Assembly (NCBI GenBank): GCA_937960795.1
Contig: CALGPA010000002.1
Coordinates: 25,458-89,457 of the forward strand
DNA: 64,000 nt
Reading direction: 5' to 3'
From: an uncultured bacterium
Lineage (GTDB): Bacteria; Cloacimonadota; Cloacimonadia; Cloacimonadales; Cloacimonadaceae
Notes under the pieces: generated by a model
Databases searched by the model: none
What the model saw: only the letters and a program-made list of their open reading frames with translations
Told to the model about the DNA's origin: nothing
Shown: in pieces, positions 25,660 through 35,018 of the stretch
Position numbering within the stretch: the stretch's first letter is position 1
How the letters are laid out: each line of letters starts with the position of its first letter
Made by a program: the position numbers and the translations under genes

Positions 25660-26610
25660 ATGACAGTCTATAACCGCTTTGTTTTTATTGTGTTGTTTGT
25701 GTTTATCCTCTTGCAGGGATGCAGAGATGGGGCAAAACAATCGACCTTTATAGAACCGCAATTGGTCAAGGATTACAATTTTAATCTGATCCATCAGTCA
25801 TATGACAAGCTGCACAAAAACCGTAGCTCACTATACAATAGCTATGCTTCTCCTCCGCTTGATGAGAATGGTGTGAATCTTCTTAGCTACAACGGCGCTG
25901 AACATTATCACCCGGTATACCTCTGCCACAGGAGTCTGGAAGCTTTGAGCGACTATTACCTTAGCATGAACAACTTCTATCTCCAGCATGCCATCAAATG
26001 CATGGAAGCTCTGCGCTCGCGTGCAGTTCGAAAGGATGACATGATCTATTTCCCATACGATTTTGATTATAATGAAAGCAATGTGATCTTCTATACGGCC
26101 CCCTGGTTTTCAGGGATGGCGCAAGGCATGGCGTTATCTGCATACAGTAGGCTCTATCACTTCACAGATGAACCACTTTACGCGGCAGTGGCAGACTCCA
26201 TTCTGAGAACGATGTCAGATTTTGATGGTGAGTATGAGACGGTTTTGATTACCGATGAGTATTCACCATTTGTAGATGGAAGATACTATTGGGTAGACGA
26301 ATATCCCCATTTCATCAAACGCTATGTGCTCAATGGCTCCATCATCGGAGCTATGGGACTCTATGATCACTGGTGGGTCTTTGGTGATGATAGCTCAAAA
26401 AGTCTTTTTAGCAAAGAACTCACCACCATCAAGGACAATGTGCTTTTATATCGCAATCCGGGCGGGATAAGTTTCTATGATCTATACACTAGATACCCTC
26501 ATCCAAACTACCACCAAGTTCATCAAGATCTACTAAATTCCCTGACCGAGCTGACCGGAGATATGTTCTTTTCAGCAATATCAGAGCTGTTTTATATAGA
26601 TCATCATTGA
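25660..26610 (+). CDS. lipoprotein with D-glucuronyl C5-epimerase-like C-terminal domain
   Basis: I moved the start to ATG 25660 (AAGGAG RBS). The lipobox is LFVFILLQGC. WFSGMAQGMALSAYSRLY and YWVDEYP...YVLNGSIIGAMGLYDHW match the conserved W.SAMAQG and W.EEYP...VLNG....GLYD pattern of heparosan/glucuronyl C5-epimerases. Confidence 0.55.
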   Translation: MTVYNRFVFIVLFVFILLQGCRDGAKQSTFIEPQLVKDYNFNLIHQSYDKLHKNRSSLYNSYASPPLDENGVNLLSYNGAEHYHPVYLCHRSLEALSDYYLSMNNFYLQHAIKCMEALRSRAVRKDDMIYFPYDFDYNESNVIFYTAPWFSGMAQGMALSAYSRLYHFTDEPLYAAVADSILRTMSDFDGEYETVLITDEYSPFVDGRYYWVDEYPHFIKRYVLNGSIIGAMGLYDHWWVFGDDSSKSLFSKELTTIKDNVLLYRNPGGISFYDLYTRYPHPNYHQVHQDLLNSLTELTGDMFFSAISELFYIDHH

Positions 26611-26690
26611 TGTGATACATAGCTCGGTCTACGGATGTATCATGCCCACCAAGTGAGCATCAAATATTCTTTCGTCCTTAGCTTTCATGG

Positions 26691-26705
26691 TTTATACTGT
26701 CTATA
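26691..26705 (+). promoter_or_regulatory. shared 15-mer TTTATACTGTCTATA (contains TATACT -10-like hexamer)
   Basis: Identical to the minus-strand 15-mer at 19196-19182. It also ends exactly 21 nt before the start codon (ATG 26727). Confidence 0.4.
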
Positions 26706-26726
26706 TATCGCAGATAGGAGATTATA

Positions 26727-27206
26727 ATGATCAAAATACAAGGTCTTCCGCAAGCATACAGCAAAGTTCACTTGCCATCCAAAGTCACAATGGCAGTGAC
26801 ACAAAAGCCTGATGGGAACTACAATCTCATTACATTAGAGTGGTTTATGCGGACATCAATAGATCCGCCCATGTTTGCCATCTCTGTCGGACACACGCGC
26901 TACTCCCACGATTGCCTGATGGATGTGCGCTATTTCAACTTAGTTTTTCCCGGCAAAGACCAAAAAGATCTGCTCAGCCTGGCAGGATCTCAAAGTGGAA
27001 GAGATATCGACAAGTTTACTGCCGGAAAGGTAGAACATTTTCCTGGCAAACTCCGCAAACTTCCGATTCTCAAGAATGCCTCTGCCTGTTTTGAATGTGA
27101 GATAGTCACTCAGGTCAAGAGCGGAGATCACACTATATTTGTTGGCGAAGTGAAATACTCTTGGCTCAATGATGATGTGGATTTCTTTTTCTATCACAAG
27201 AAGTGA
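26727..27206 (+). CDS. flavin reductase-like (FMN-binding split-barrel) protein
   Basis: 159 aa. The pattern NLITLEWFM...SGDHTIFVGEV is typical of the flavin reductase domain family. Confidence 0.7.
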   Translation: MIKIQGLPQAYSKVHLPSKVTMAVTQKPDGNYNLITLEWFMRTSIDPPMFAISVGHTRYSHDCLMDVRYFNLVFPGKDQKDLLSLAGSQSGRDIDKFTAGKVEHFPGKLRKLPILKNASACFECEIVTQVKSGDHTIFVGEVKYSWLNDDVDFFFYHKK

Positions 27207-27236
27207 GAGTGACGGATTTCGCTCAAAATCAGCCCT

Positions 27237-27335
27237 CTAAATGCTTGCAAAATATGGGCTCCTCATGCCTCCCTCACCGGTCACTCACCGGTCGGGAGTG
27301 CAAGCGGTGAGAAAATAAGGACTTAGGCGATTTGC
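27237..27335 (+). repeat. intergenic repeat family A, copy 2
   Basis: ctaaatgcttgcaaaatatgg...ctcatgcctccCTCACCGGTCACTCACCGGTCgggagtgcaagCGGTGAGaaaataaggacttaggcgatt. The left arm and core are shared with copies 3 and 4. Confidence 0.85.
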
Positions 27336-27588
27336 GGCTGCGCCGGCAATCGAATTGAGAATTTAGAATTGAGGATGGAGAATTAAGGGGTAGTTTCGCA
27401 GGATGGATATGGTTTTGAAGTGCTGGAGTGCTGAGGTGCTCGAGTTACGGCTTATGAGTGCTGTAGGCATGCTATTTTAGATAGCATCGATGCTTCCTGT
27501 GGATTGCCTGAGTCCCGGCGAGACGCCACATGAATGCCCTCACCGCCTGTACATCACAATTGAGCGCTTGAAACCCACCCCTACAATA

Positions 27589-27677
27589 GTCATTCCGGAA
27601 AACGAAGCGAAGCGATCTGGGTCCCCGCAAAATTGAGCAGCAGTTTTGTGGGGCTAAGAAGTGTATCCGGAATCTAT
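27589..27677. repeat. palindromic element B, copy 1, carrying a nested 43-bp hairpin insertion
   Basis: GTCATTCCGGAAaacgaagcgaagcgatc[...]gtgtATCCGGAATCTAT. The inserted segment 27618-27660 contains CCCCGCAAAA-ttgagcagcag-TTTTGTGGGG. The uninterrupted 45-bp version is at 37775-37819. Confidence 0.8.
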
Positions 27678-27697
27678 GCTCCTGCACTCTACAGGTA

Positions 27698-28459
27698 TCA
27701 GATCAAACTGACAAGGCTCAAGGCAGATTCTGCTCCCAAGAGCGACCAGAGAATGGTCGAAACAGCGATGAATGTGCCAAAGGCAAATCCCTGATCTTTG
27801 TTGCGTACAAAGATCACAAAGTAGATGATGCCGAGCACAGCTGCAAAAAGGACCACATATGGCATGCTGAGCAAGCCAAAGAATGCTGCGATCCCGCTGA
27901 GCAGCCAGATGTCTCCTCCGCCCAAGCCGTCTGATTTGCGGGCAAGGCGATAGGCATATGCCAAAAACAGCAGAAAGCAGAAAAGAATCACAGCAGCCAT
28001 AAGGGAATTCGTGATCCCGACATCATTTCCGGGAATGAGAGCAAAGATGAAGCCAATCGGGATCAGCGGGATGGACAATTTGTGGGGGATGATTTGATGA
28101 AAAGCATCAATGAAGAAGATCGGGATCATCACCATGCAGAGTATGGCATATTTGAAAAAGAGCATGTTCATAAGCCCATACTGCAGGAAAAGACCGATCA
28201 AGATCAGAGGCGTGATGATCTCCACCAGAAGGTGATGCCAGTGAATCTTGGCACCACAAAACTTGCATTTTCCACCCAAGATAATGTAGCTAAGAATCGG
28301 GATATTCAGATATGGCGGGATGGCCTTGCCACAATCTCCACAATGAGATGCCGGGAAGACGATAGATTCTTTGCGGGGAAGTCTGTAGATGAGGACATTA
28401 AAAAAGCTGCCCAAAGCGGCGCCAAGGACAGCCAGGAGAATGATTACTATGCTAGTCAA
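27698..28459 (-). CDS. prepilin peptidase (A24 family)
   Basis: 253 aa. N-terminal Zn-binding CGDCGKAI...CKFCGAKI, polytopic, with a conserved Asp region (GGGDIWLL). Confidence 0.85.
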   Translation of the reverse strand: MTSIVIILLAVLGAALGSFFNVLIYRLPRKESIVFPASHCGDCGKAIPPYLNIPILSYIILGGKCKFCGAKIHWHHLLVEIITPLILIGLFLQYGLMNMLFFKYAILCMVMIPIFFIDAFHQIIPHKLSIPLIPIGFIFALIPGNDVGITNSLMAAVILFCFLLFLAYAYRLARKSDGLGGGDIWLLSGIAAFFGLLSMPYVVLFAAVLGIIYFVIFVRNKDQGFAFGTFIAVSTILWSLLGAESALSLVSLI

Positions 28460-28474
28460 GATTTAGCTTGCTCC

Positions 28475-28903
28475 TTACCACTTTTGATACCAAGGATTTG
28501 ACGGACGCATCATGCCTTGACTCATGTGAAACTCGATGGTCATGGAATCGCTTGGGCGATATCTCAGCGAAAACTCCGGCAAGACCTTGCTGTCGTTGTC
28601 GTCATTGAAACTAAAGTCATTTCTGGTGTTCATGGAACCGAAATTGACAAAATTCAGATCCAGATCAAGCTCCAGCTTTGGACTAAATCGGAAGTTCATA
28701 TGGTTTGTATATCTGGAGAGGTAATAGCCGGATCCGGTAGAGCTTGTCCCGGCCTCAAAACCCATGGAATGGGACATATCGAGGTTGGAAAGAGCAGAGC
28801 TCTGTAGGGAAAACGGATTAAAATCCGGCCGCGGTATATCATACTGGGCCAATAGCGGTATCGTGGCCAAGATCATTATTGTAGCAATTATCAGATTCTT
28901 CAT
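28475..28903 (-). CDS. small secreted protein, possibly outer-membrane beta-strand protein
   Basis: 142 aa with a signal peptide (…IPLLAQ), alternating beta-like pattern and aromatic C-terminus. No family recognised. Confidence 0.4.
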   Translation of the reverse strand: MKNLIIATIMILATIPLLAQYDIPRPDFNPFSLQSSALSNLDMSHSMGFEAGTSSTGSGYYLSRYTNHMNFRFSPKLELDLDLNFVNFGSMNTRNDFSFNDDNDSKVLPEFSLRYRPSDSMTIEFHMSQGMMRPSNPWYQKW

Positions 28904-28957
28904 TGGATACTCCTTAGAAGCTTTCTAATTACAAGATATAGCGCGGCCGCAATCTCG

Positions 28958-30175
28958 TCAAGCATAAAAGTCAGAGATTATCTTGCCCAGACTTTTGATG
29001 CCTTGATCTATCTGTTCCGGCGTGGCAAATGAGAAGTTTAGCCTGAGGCAATTGAACTTTTCTTTGCCGATCGGATAGAATTTGCTGCCGGGGATAAAGC
29101 TGATTTTCTCAGCTTTGGCAAGCTCAAACAGCTCGTCCGCGGACATATCTTCAGGAAGCCAGACCCACGTGAAGATTCCACCTTCGGGCTTTGTGTATTG
29201 CACATAGGAAGGTAGATAGCGGGACATGGCTGTCAGCATCGCATCAAGATATGGGGCATAGAAGCCGCAAATATGTTCCAGATGAGGCTCCATGTGACCT
29301 TCAGAGATGAATCTTGCCGCTACTCTTTGGGAGACATTGTCCGGGGCGATATTTATCTTTTGTTGCCAAGAGCACATGCGCTCGATCAATTTGGGACTAC
29401 CTTTGGCATAGGCAAGGCGCATGCCCGGACCGAGGATCTTGGAAAAAGATACGATCTCGGTGACTATCTCAGTATTTTGAAACTCATCATGGGCAATTCT
29501 AAACAAACTGGGCAAGGCGGTTCCGGAAAATCTCAAACGAGAATAGGGGTTATCCTCCAAAATGGGGATCTGCATGCCTAGGGCATACTCGACCAATGCC
29601 TTGCGGCGCTCATAAGTCATGGTAATGCCGCTGGGATTGTGGAAATCAGGGATTGTGTAGATAAACTTAACCTTTTTCCCTTCAGATCTGACTTTGTCGA
29701 CAGCTTTCTGCAATCCTGCCAGATCCATTCCTTCACGATCAAGCTCGACAGTGACGAGCTCTGCTCCGATGGCATCAAAGGCTACCAAAGATCCCAAAAA
29801 GCTGGGTGCTTCGCAGATGATTACATCACCTTCTTCCACCAAACATTGGGTCATGTAGAATATAGCATTTGTGGCTCCAGCGGTTATGAGAATCTGCTCA
29901 TGGGGCAGAGAATATCCTTCCCATTTGAGCAATTCTTCCTTGAGCAGGGGATCGCCTTCACTGGCTCCATATTGCAGGACGCCGTCGCCTTCATTGGCAA
30001 CAACCTCTGCATAGAGCCTGCTGAGTGTTTCCCGCGGGAAAGTCTTGGGCGAGGGGAATCCTCCTGCGAATGAGATCAATCCCGGAATATTGCGTGTGCT
30101 GGCTACCAGCTCGCGGATCATCGAAGACTTCATGTTCCTCGTTGCCTGAGTCAGTTTTTCACTAATCATCATCAT
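28958..30175 (-). CDS. PLP-dependent aminotransferase, class I/II
   Basis: 405 aa. SSMIRELV near the N-terminus, SFSKILGPGMRLAY (PLP lysine) and a GNPSG-like NPSG motif. Confidence 0.85.
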   Translation of the reverse strand: MMMISEKLTQATRNMKSSMIRELVASTRNIPGLISFAGGFPSPKTFPRETLSRLYAEVVANEGDGVLQYGASEGDPLLKEELLKWEGYSLPHEQILITAGATNAIFYMTQCLVEEGDVIICEAPSFLGSLVAFDAIGAELVTVELDREGMDLAGLQKAVDKVRSEGKKVKFIYTIPDFHNPSGITMTYERRKALVEYALGMQIPILEDNPYSRLRFSGTALPSLFRIAHDEFQNTEIVTEIVSFSKILGPGMRLAYAKGSPKLIERMCSWQQKINIAPDNVSQRVAARFISEGHMEPHLEHICGFYAPYLDAMLTAMSRYLPSYVQYTKPEGGIFTWVWLPEDMSADELFELAKAEKISFIPGSKFYPIGKEKFNCLRLNFSFATPEQIDQGIKSLGKIISDFYA

Positions 30176-30235
30176 TTCCTTTTATCTTCTATATTTATTA
30201 AAATCATTCATGACATTCAGAGGGCGGGATCAAAA

Positions 30236-30274
30236 TGAAAAATGAGCTCATGCCCATCATAAAATGGGCATGAG
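30236..30274 (-). terminator. rho-independent terminator after asnS
   Basis: The minus strand reads CTCATGCCCA-ttttatga-TGGGCATGAG and is followed by ctcaTTTTTcaTTTT. The 10-bp stem lies 12 nt after the stop. Confidence 0.55.
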
Positions 30275-30285
30275 ACGAGATTTGC

Positions 30286-31581
30286 TTATGGATAGATCCG
30301 ATAAATCATCCTTGGGAATGGAATGGTTTCACGGATGTGATGAATGCCGCTCATCCAGGTGACCAAACGCTCTAGCCCGATGCCGAAACCACTGTGGGGC
30401 ACAGAGCCGTATTTGCGCAGATCCAGATACCATTGATAGGCTTTAATATCCATCTTTTCAGCCTGCATACGAGCAAGTAAGAGATCGTGATCATCTTCAC
30501 GCTGGCTTCCGCCAATGATCTCGCCAAAGCCTTCCGGGGCGATTAAATCGTTGCCCAGGACATAGTCTTCATTGTCCGGATCACGCTTCATATAGAATGC
30601 TTTGATCTCTTTTGGCCATTTTTCGATGAAGACCGGCACGGGGGATCCTTCGGTGATCAGGGCTTCGTCTTGAGCTCCCAGATCGCTGTCGTGATCTATC
30701 TCGCTGCCTTTGGATCTGAGATACTCAATCGCTTCAAAATGAGTCATGCGCTTAAAGGGTGCGTCAGATGCTTTCAGAGCCTCTTTGTCGCGCTCGAGAA
30801 CGTCAAGCTCGTGGTCGCACTTAGACAGCACAGTGCGAATCACGTGGCGGATCAGTCCTTCTTGGATCTGCATGTTTTCATCATGCTCGACAAATGCGGC
30901 TTCCGCGTCCATCATCCAAAACTCTGTCAGATGTTTGCGAGTCTTGGAGCGCTCTGCTCGAAACACCGGACCAAAGTCATAGACTCTGCCCAGGCTCATG
31001 ATCCCGGTTTCCAGATACAATTGTCCGGATTGTGATAGGTATGCCATGCCTTCATCAAAGTATTCTACCTCAAAGAGGGTGGTAGTACCTTCACATGCAT
31101 TAGGCGTGAGGATTGGGGAGTCAAAACGGAAGAAATGATTCTCATTCAGATAATCACTGATAGCTTTGTAAACTGTATGGCGGATGCGCATGATCGCCCA
31201 TTGCTTGGGTGAGCGCAGCCAAAGATGGCGGTTTGACAAGAGAAAATCCGGGCCGTGTTCTTTTTTGCTGATGGGATAGTCTTCTGAGATCTGAATTGCT
31301 TGTATTGCAGTGACATCAAGCTCAAATTCGCCGGTTTTTTTTTGGTGTTCTTTGGGAATCCCTGTGATAATGAGGCTGGATTCCAAGCTGAGGCGTTTGG
31401 CATCCTCAAAAGCTTCTTCTCCCAAAGCCGGCTTGAATGCTACTGCTTGAATAGAGCCGGTGCCATCACGAAAGATGATGAAGAGCAGTTTTCCACTGCT
31501 ACGGATGTTGCGAACCCAGCCTTTGAGCCGGATCTCTTGACCCAGATGGGCAGAAATGTCTTTTACAAATACATCTTGCAT
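30286..31581 (-). CDS. asnS: asparagine--tRNA ligase
   Basis: 431-aa class IIb aaRS. OB-fold N-terminus is IRLKGWVRNIRSSGKLLFIIFRDGTG. Motif 2 context EFWMMDAEAAF is AsnRS-like (EFWM). C-terminus is GFGIGLERLVTWMSGIHHIRETIPFPR. Confidence 0.85.
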   Translation of the reverse strand: MQDVFVKDISAHLGQEIRLKGWVRNIRSSGKLLFIIFRDGTGSIQAVAFKPALGEEAFEDAKRLSLESSLIITGIPKEHQKKTGEFELDVTAIQAIQISEDYPISKKEHGPDFLLSNRHLWLRSPKQWAIMRIRHTVYKAISDYLNENHFFRFDSPILTPNACEGTTTLFEVEYFDEGMAYLSQSGQLYLETGIMSLGRVYDFGPVFRAERSKTRKHLTEFWMMDAEAAFVEHDENMQIQEGLIRHVIRTVLSKCDHELDVLERDKEALKASDAPFKRMTHFEAIEYLRSKGSEIDHDSDLGAQDEALITEGSPVPVFIEKWPKEIKAFYMKRDPDNEDYVLGNDLIAPEGFGEIIGGSQREDDHDLLLARMQAEKMDIKAYQWYLDLRKYGSVPHSGFGIGLERLVTWMSGIHHIRETIPFPRMIYRIYP

Positions 31582-32583
31582 TTATCTTACCTTGTCTTTG
31601 TTTATTTTGAGCTGTTCATTGATGATATTGATGATGCGCATTGCTACTTCCAGTGCTTTGGTGCCATCGTGTCCATCCACTATCGGACGGGTGTCGTTTA
31701 CTATGCAGTCCACCCAAGATTGCAGCTCCATTGATAGAGCATCTGTAGGACTCTGTGAGCAGTCGTGGATGCTCTGGTCTACTAGTTTCTCGGGATCAAT
31801 ATCCGTGGCTCCCATCATGATCTTGGGAAGATAGAGCATCACCTTCGGGCTCTTCTTGACCACTTTTGCTTCCTTGCTTTGGAAATCAAGACTGATATAG
31901 CTGTCTTTTTGAAAGAAGCGGATTTTACGCTCCAGCTTCAGGGAAACACGGGAACTTGTCACATTGGCAATCGCTCCATTTTCAAACTCAAGACGAGCAT
32001 TGGCAATATCGATGCTGGAAGTAAAAAGTCCGATCCCACTGGCATGAATATCCTTAATCGGGCTGTTAATAAAGCTCAGGATGAGGTCGATATCATGGAT
32101 CATGACATCCAAGACCACCGGAACGTCCGTGCCGCGTTTGTGAAAGGTTGATATGCGAGTAGACTCGATAAAGAGCGGATCTTTGATCTCTTTTTCTACT
32201 TTCATGATCACTGGGTTGAATCTCTCAATATGTCCTACCTGGATCTTGAGCTTTTTCTTTTCTGCCAGCTCAAGAAGCTCGTATGCTTCATCAAGCTTAC
32301 CGGTGATGGGCTTCTCTAAAAAGATGTGTTTTCCGGCAATGAGAGCTTGTTCGGCAAGCGCATAATGAGCGGTAGTGGTGGCAGCAATATCGACGGCGTC
32401 GCAGGCGTCAAGCAGCGCTTCATAGGAGTCATAACTCACAGTTTCCAGTTTGCCGGAAATCTCTTTGGCTCGCGCTTGGTCCCTATCAAAAATCCCAGCT
32501 AGGCTGGCATTGTGCATACTCAGAAACTTTCGGGCATGATGCTGTCCCAGGTGCCCGACACCTACTACGCCGATCTTTAACAT
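31582..32583 (-). CDS. Gfo/Idh/MocA family NAD(P)-dependent oxidoreductase
   Basis: 333 aa with Rossmann N-terminus MLKIGVVGVGHLGQHH and an EKP motif (IFLEKPI). Confidence 0.85.
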   Translation of the reverse strand: MLKIGVVGVGHLGQHHARKFLSMHNASLAGIFDRDQARAKEISGKLETVSYDSYEALLDACDAVDIAATTTAHYALAEQALIAGKHIFLEKPITGKLDEAYELLELAEKKKLKIQVGHIERFNPVIMKVEKEIKDPLFIESTRISTFHKRGTDVPVVLDVMIHDIDLILSFINSPIKDIHASGIGLFTSSIDIANARLEFENGAIANVTSSRVSLKLERKIRFFQKDSYISLDFQSKEAKVVKKSPKVMLYLPKIMMGATDIDPEKLVDQSIHDCSQSPTDALSMELQSWVDCIVNDTRPIVDGHDGTKALEVAMRIINIINEQLKINKDKVR

Positions 32584-32591
32584 ATCTTGTC

Positions 32592-33545
32592 CTAATTCTT
32601 AAGTTTGGCTGAGATTTTCTGGATCATGTCGATGGTCATTTTTTCAAGATTATACTCAGGTTTCCATCCCCATTCTTTGGTGGCCGCGCTGTCATCCATG
32701 CTGTTTGGCCAGCTATCTGCAATGGCTTTCTTGATGGGATCTACGTCATATTCCAAGACAAAATCCGGGATGTGTTTGCGAATCTCGGCTGCGATGATTT
32801 CCGGATCAAAGCTCATGGCGGTCACATTGAAGCAGTTTCTATGAACGAGCTTGGCAGGATCTGCTTCCATGAGTTCCACTGCGCTACGAAGAGCATCAGG
32901 CATATACATCATATCCAAGAAAGTACCGGCTGGAAGATTGCAGCGGTATTTCTTTTCTTTGATGGCATCCTAATAGATTTCCACAGCGTAGTCGGTGGTG
33001 CCGCCGCCGGGAAGGGTGACGGTTGAGATGATGCCGGGGTATCTGTGTCCGCGTGCGTCAACTACATATTTCTGGAAGTAATAATCACCTAGAAGCTCTC
33101 CTGCTACTTTGGAGATACCGTAGATAGTGGTCGGCCGCATGATGGTGTCTTGAGGAGTCTGATCTTGCGGGGTGGTCGGTCCAAAAGCTCCGATAGAGGA
33201 AGGAGTGAAGACCGCACCTTTGACGTCTTTCATGATCTCAAGGCAGTTGAAAGTAGTCTCCATGTTTATCTTCCAGCTGAAGGTGGGGTTTGCTTCGCCT
33301 TTGGCTGACAAGACGGCAACAAGGTTGAAGATCGTGTCGATATCATACTTTTTGACTACTTCATTCATCGAGTTTGCATCGATGGCATCCATCTGTGCTG
33401 CGGGTCCTGCTTCCATCAATTCTTTGGGAAGAGGAGTGCGATTATAAGTGGCGATGACATGGCTGTCACCATAGATCTTTCTGAGGTAGGGCACCAATTC
33501 GGAACCGATTTGTCCGGCTGCTCCGAGTACGAGGATATTCTTCAT
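32592..33545 (-). pseudogene. tdh: SDR-type L-threonine 3-dehydrogenase interrupted by one in-frame TAG (32970-32972)
   Basis: Two ORF-track pieces (32970..33776 and 32592..32918) are in the same frame: ...[44 protein letters not shown]... The read-through product (about 316 aa, true start MKNILVLGAAGQIGSEL at 33545) is collinear with extended-SDR TDH. The pattern is [9 protein letters not shown].IF.xA...G.F.C.L...T.LPMMYM.D, as I recall it from the mouse and Flavobacterium enzymes. Confidence 0.8.
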
Positions 33546-33728
33546 AGGTTCATACTCCTGCTTGTTATTTCTTTTGTGACACAGGATTTTTGTGCTAGTC
33601 AAGTTGTCAATGATTATTCCCGCTTGGAATTTGCGTCTTTGTGAAAGTGGCACATATATGGAGCCAAAAATACTTTGCAAATTCTCAAAAGAGATTAGTC
33701 TATCTAAAAAAAGACATGTGAGGACGAA

Positions 33729-34232
33729 ATGGCAAACAAAACAAACTTGATTGATTCGATAAAAAAGGCAATGCAAGGCGAAAGAGATAGCGTGAATCTA
33801 TATCAAAGCGCAGCTGACCATTGTGGAGACCCTGAAGTTAAGAACTTTTTCCATGAAAGAAGGGACGAAGAACGCCGCCACTACAACTATCTATTGGACT
33901 ATTATCAGCAGATATCAAATGATATGCAGCCTGCTGACATCAGCGCAGAGATACTCCCTGAGAATCTCGAAGACAGCATCTTCAGCGAGTCCTTTATCAA
34001 GCGGATCGGGGAAGATCAGGTGCTGTTCTCAGCCATATCTACTGCCCTGCTTCTAGAAAAAGACGCCATAGATCACTATAAGAAATGCGAGAATGAAACA
34101 GAAATTGCCGCGCTCAAGGCATTCTTTGCCGTGCTGACACAATGGGAAATGAGGCACTATGACGATCTTCTGCAGATCCAAAAGGAAGCGGAAAGATATT
34201 ATTGGCATGAGAATAGATTCGAACCTTTCTAG
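33729..34232 (+). CDS. ferritin-like diiron (rubrerythrin-family) protein
   Basis: 167 aa with paired E...ExxH-like helices (RDEERRHY and TQWEMRHY). Confidence 0.6.
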   Translation: MANKTNLIDSIKKAMQGERDSVNLYQSAADHCGDPEVKNFFHERRDEERRHYNYLLDYYQQISNDMQPADISAEILPENLEDSIFSESFIKRIGEDQVLFSAISTALLLEKDAIDHYKKCENETEIAALKAFFAVLTQWEMRHYDDLLQIQKEAERYYWHENRFEPF

Positions 34233-34238
34233 AGAGCT

Positions 34239-35018
34239 TTAATAAAATTGTGATAACACGCTCAGGCTCTTTAGCTTGAGCGTTTGTTTATTATGGACAG
34301 AATAGTAGTCCAGAAAGACTTTGTTGAGCTCCTGGATGACGCTTCTATCGAGCTTGATGCTTTCTAAGTGATTACCGATCTGAGGCAGCAATGAGAGCAC
34401 CTGTTGAGCGGTGGCACTCAGAGGCTGATATTGGCCGGTTTCAGAGCATTCCTGATAGCAGCACTTGCATATGAGATTCCCGCTATGCCCCATAGCCTCA
34501 GGAGCACATGGCGACTGACATCTGTCGCAGATCCCGAGATCCATACGGATGCCCATCATCACGAACAGCCTGGAAATCAATCTCCAAAAGATCAAGATGC
34601 CATTTTCGGGAAGCTTCTCTAGATAGGCAAGATAGTCGCGCATCAAAGCGTAGTAATCCCCGGCTTCTGAGATGGGTATGATGATCTTACTGATCAGCTC
34701 AGCCCCTGCTTCTGCGGCTGCCCATGTGGCTGAGCTGGGATAGCCGGAGAAATCCTTTACAAAACTCAGCTCCTTGAGAATATATAGTCCTTCTTCCTTG
34801 GGTTCTGAAAGGCAGAAGTCATATTCGACAAAGCGGAGTAATGGCTCTTTCTTTTTGCGCCAGCCTTTGGCAATGATCGAGATCTGAGCTTTTTCACGAG
34901 TTAGAGCTTTGATGATGTAGCTACTTTCGCTAAATGGAATGAGATCTATGGCGATGCCTTGGCTCTTAATCACCCTGTGTTTCCTTTCTGATGCTACGCA
35001 GATCCTTGGGGTTTGCAA
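34239..35018 (-). CDS. recO: DNA repair protein RecO
   Basis: 259 aa in the ORF track. It has an OB-fold N-terminus and a Zn finger CDRC...CKCC. The true start is probably GTG at 34973 (VIKSQGIAIDLIPF), which overlaps the upstream stop by 8 nt. Confidence 0.75.
   Translation of the reverse strand: MQTPRICVASERKHRVIKSQGIAIDLIPFSESSYIIKALTREKAQISIIAKGWRKKKEPLLRFVEYDFCLSEPKEEGLYILKELSFVKDFSGYPSSATWAAAEAGAELISKIIIPISEAGDYYALMRDYLAYLEKLPENGILIFWRLISRLFVMMGIRMDLGICDRCQSPCAPEAMGHSGNLICKCCYQECSETGQYQPLSATAQQVLSLLPQIGNHLESIKLDRSVIQELNKVFLDYYSVHNKQTLKLKSLSVLSQFY

Noticed and set aside
27472-27687. 71-aa ORF (and 37452..37682, 76 aa) in the repeat-rich intergenic regions
   Set aside because: These ORFs are made of the dispersed repeat and palindrome sequences, lack an RBS, and have low-complexity R/C/H-rich products.
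31335-31343. A9/T9 homopolymer inside asnS as a phase-variation site
   Set aside because: It encodes KK(T) in frame in an essential housekeeping gene that reads through intact. There is no reason to infer slippage control.
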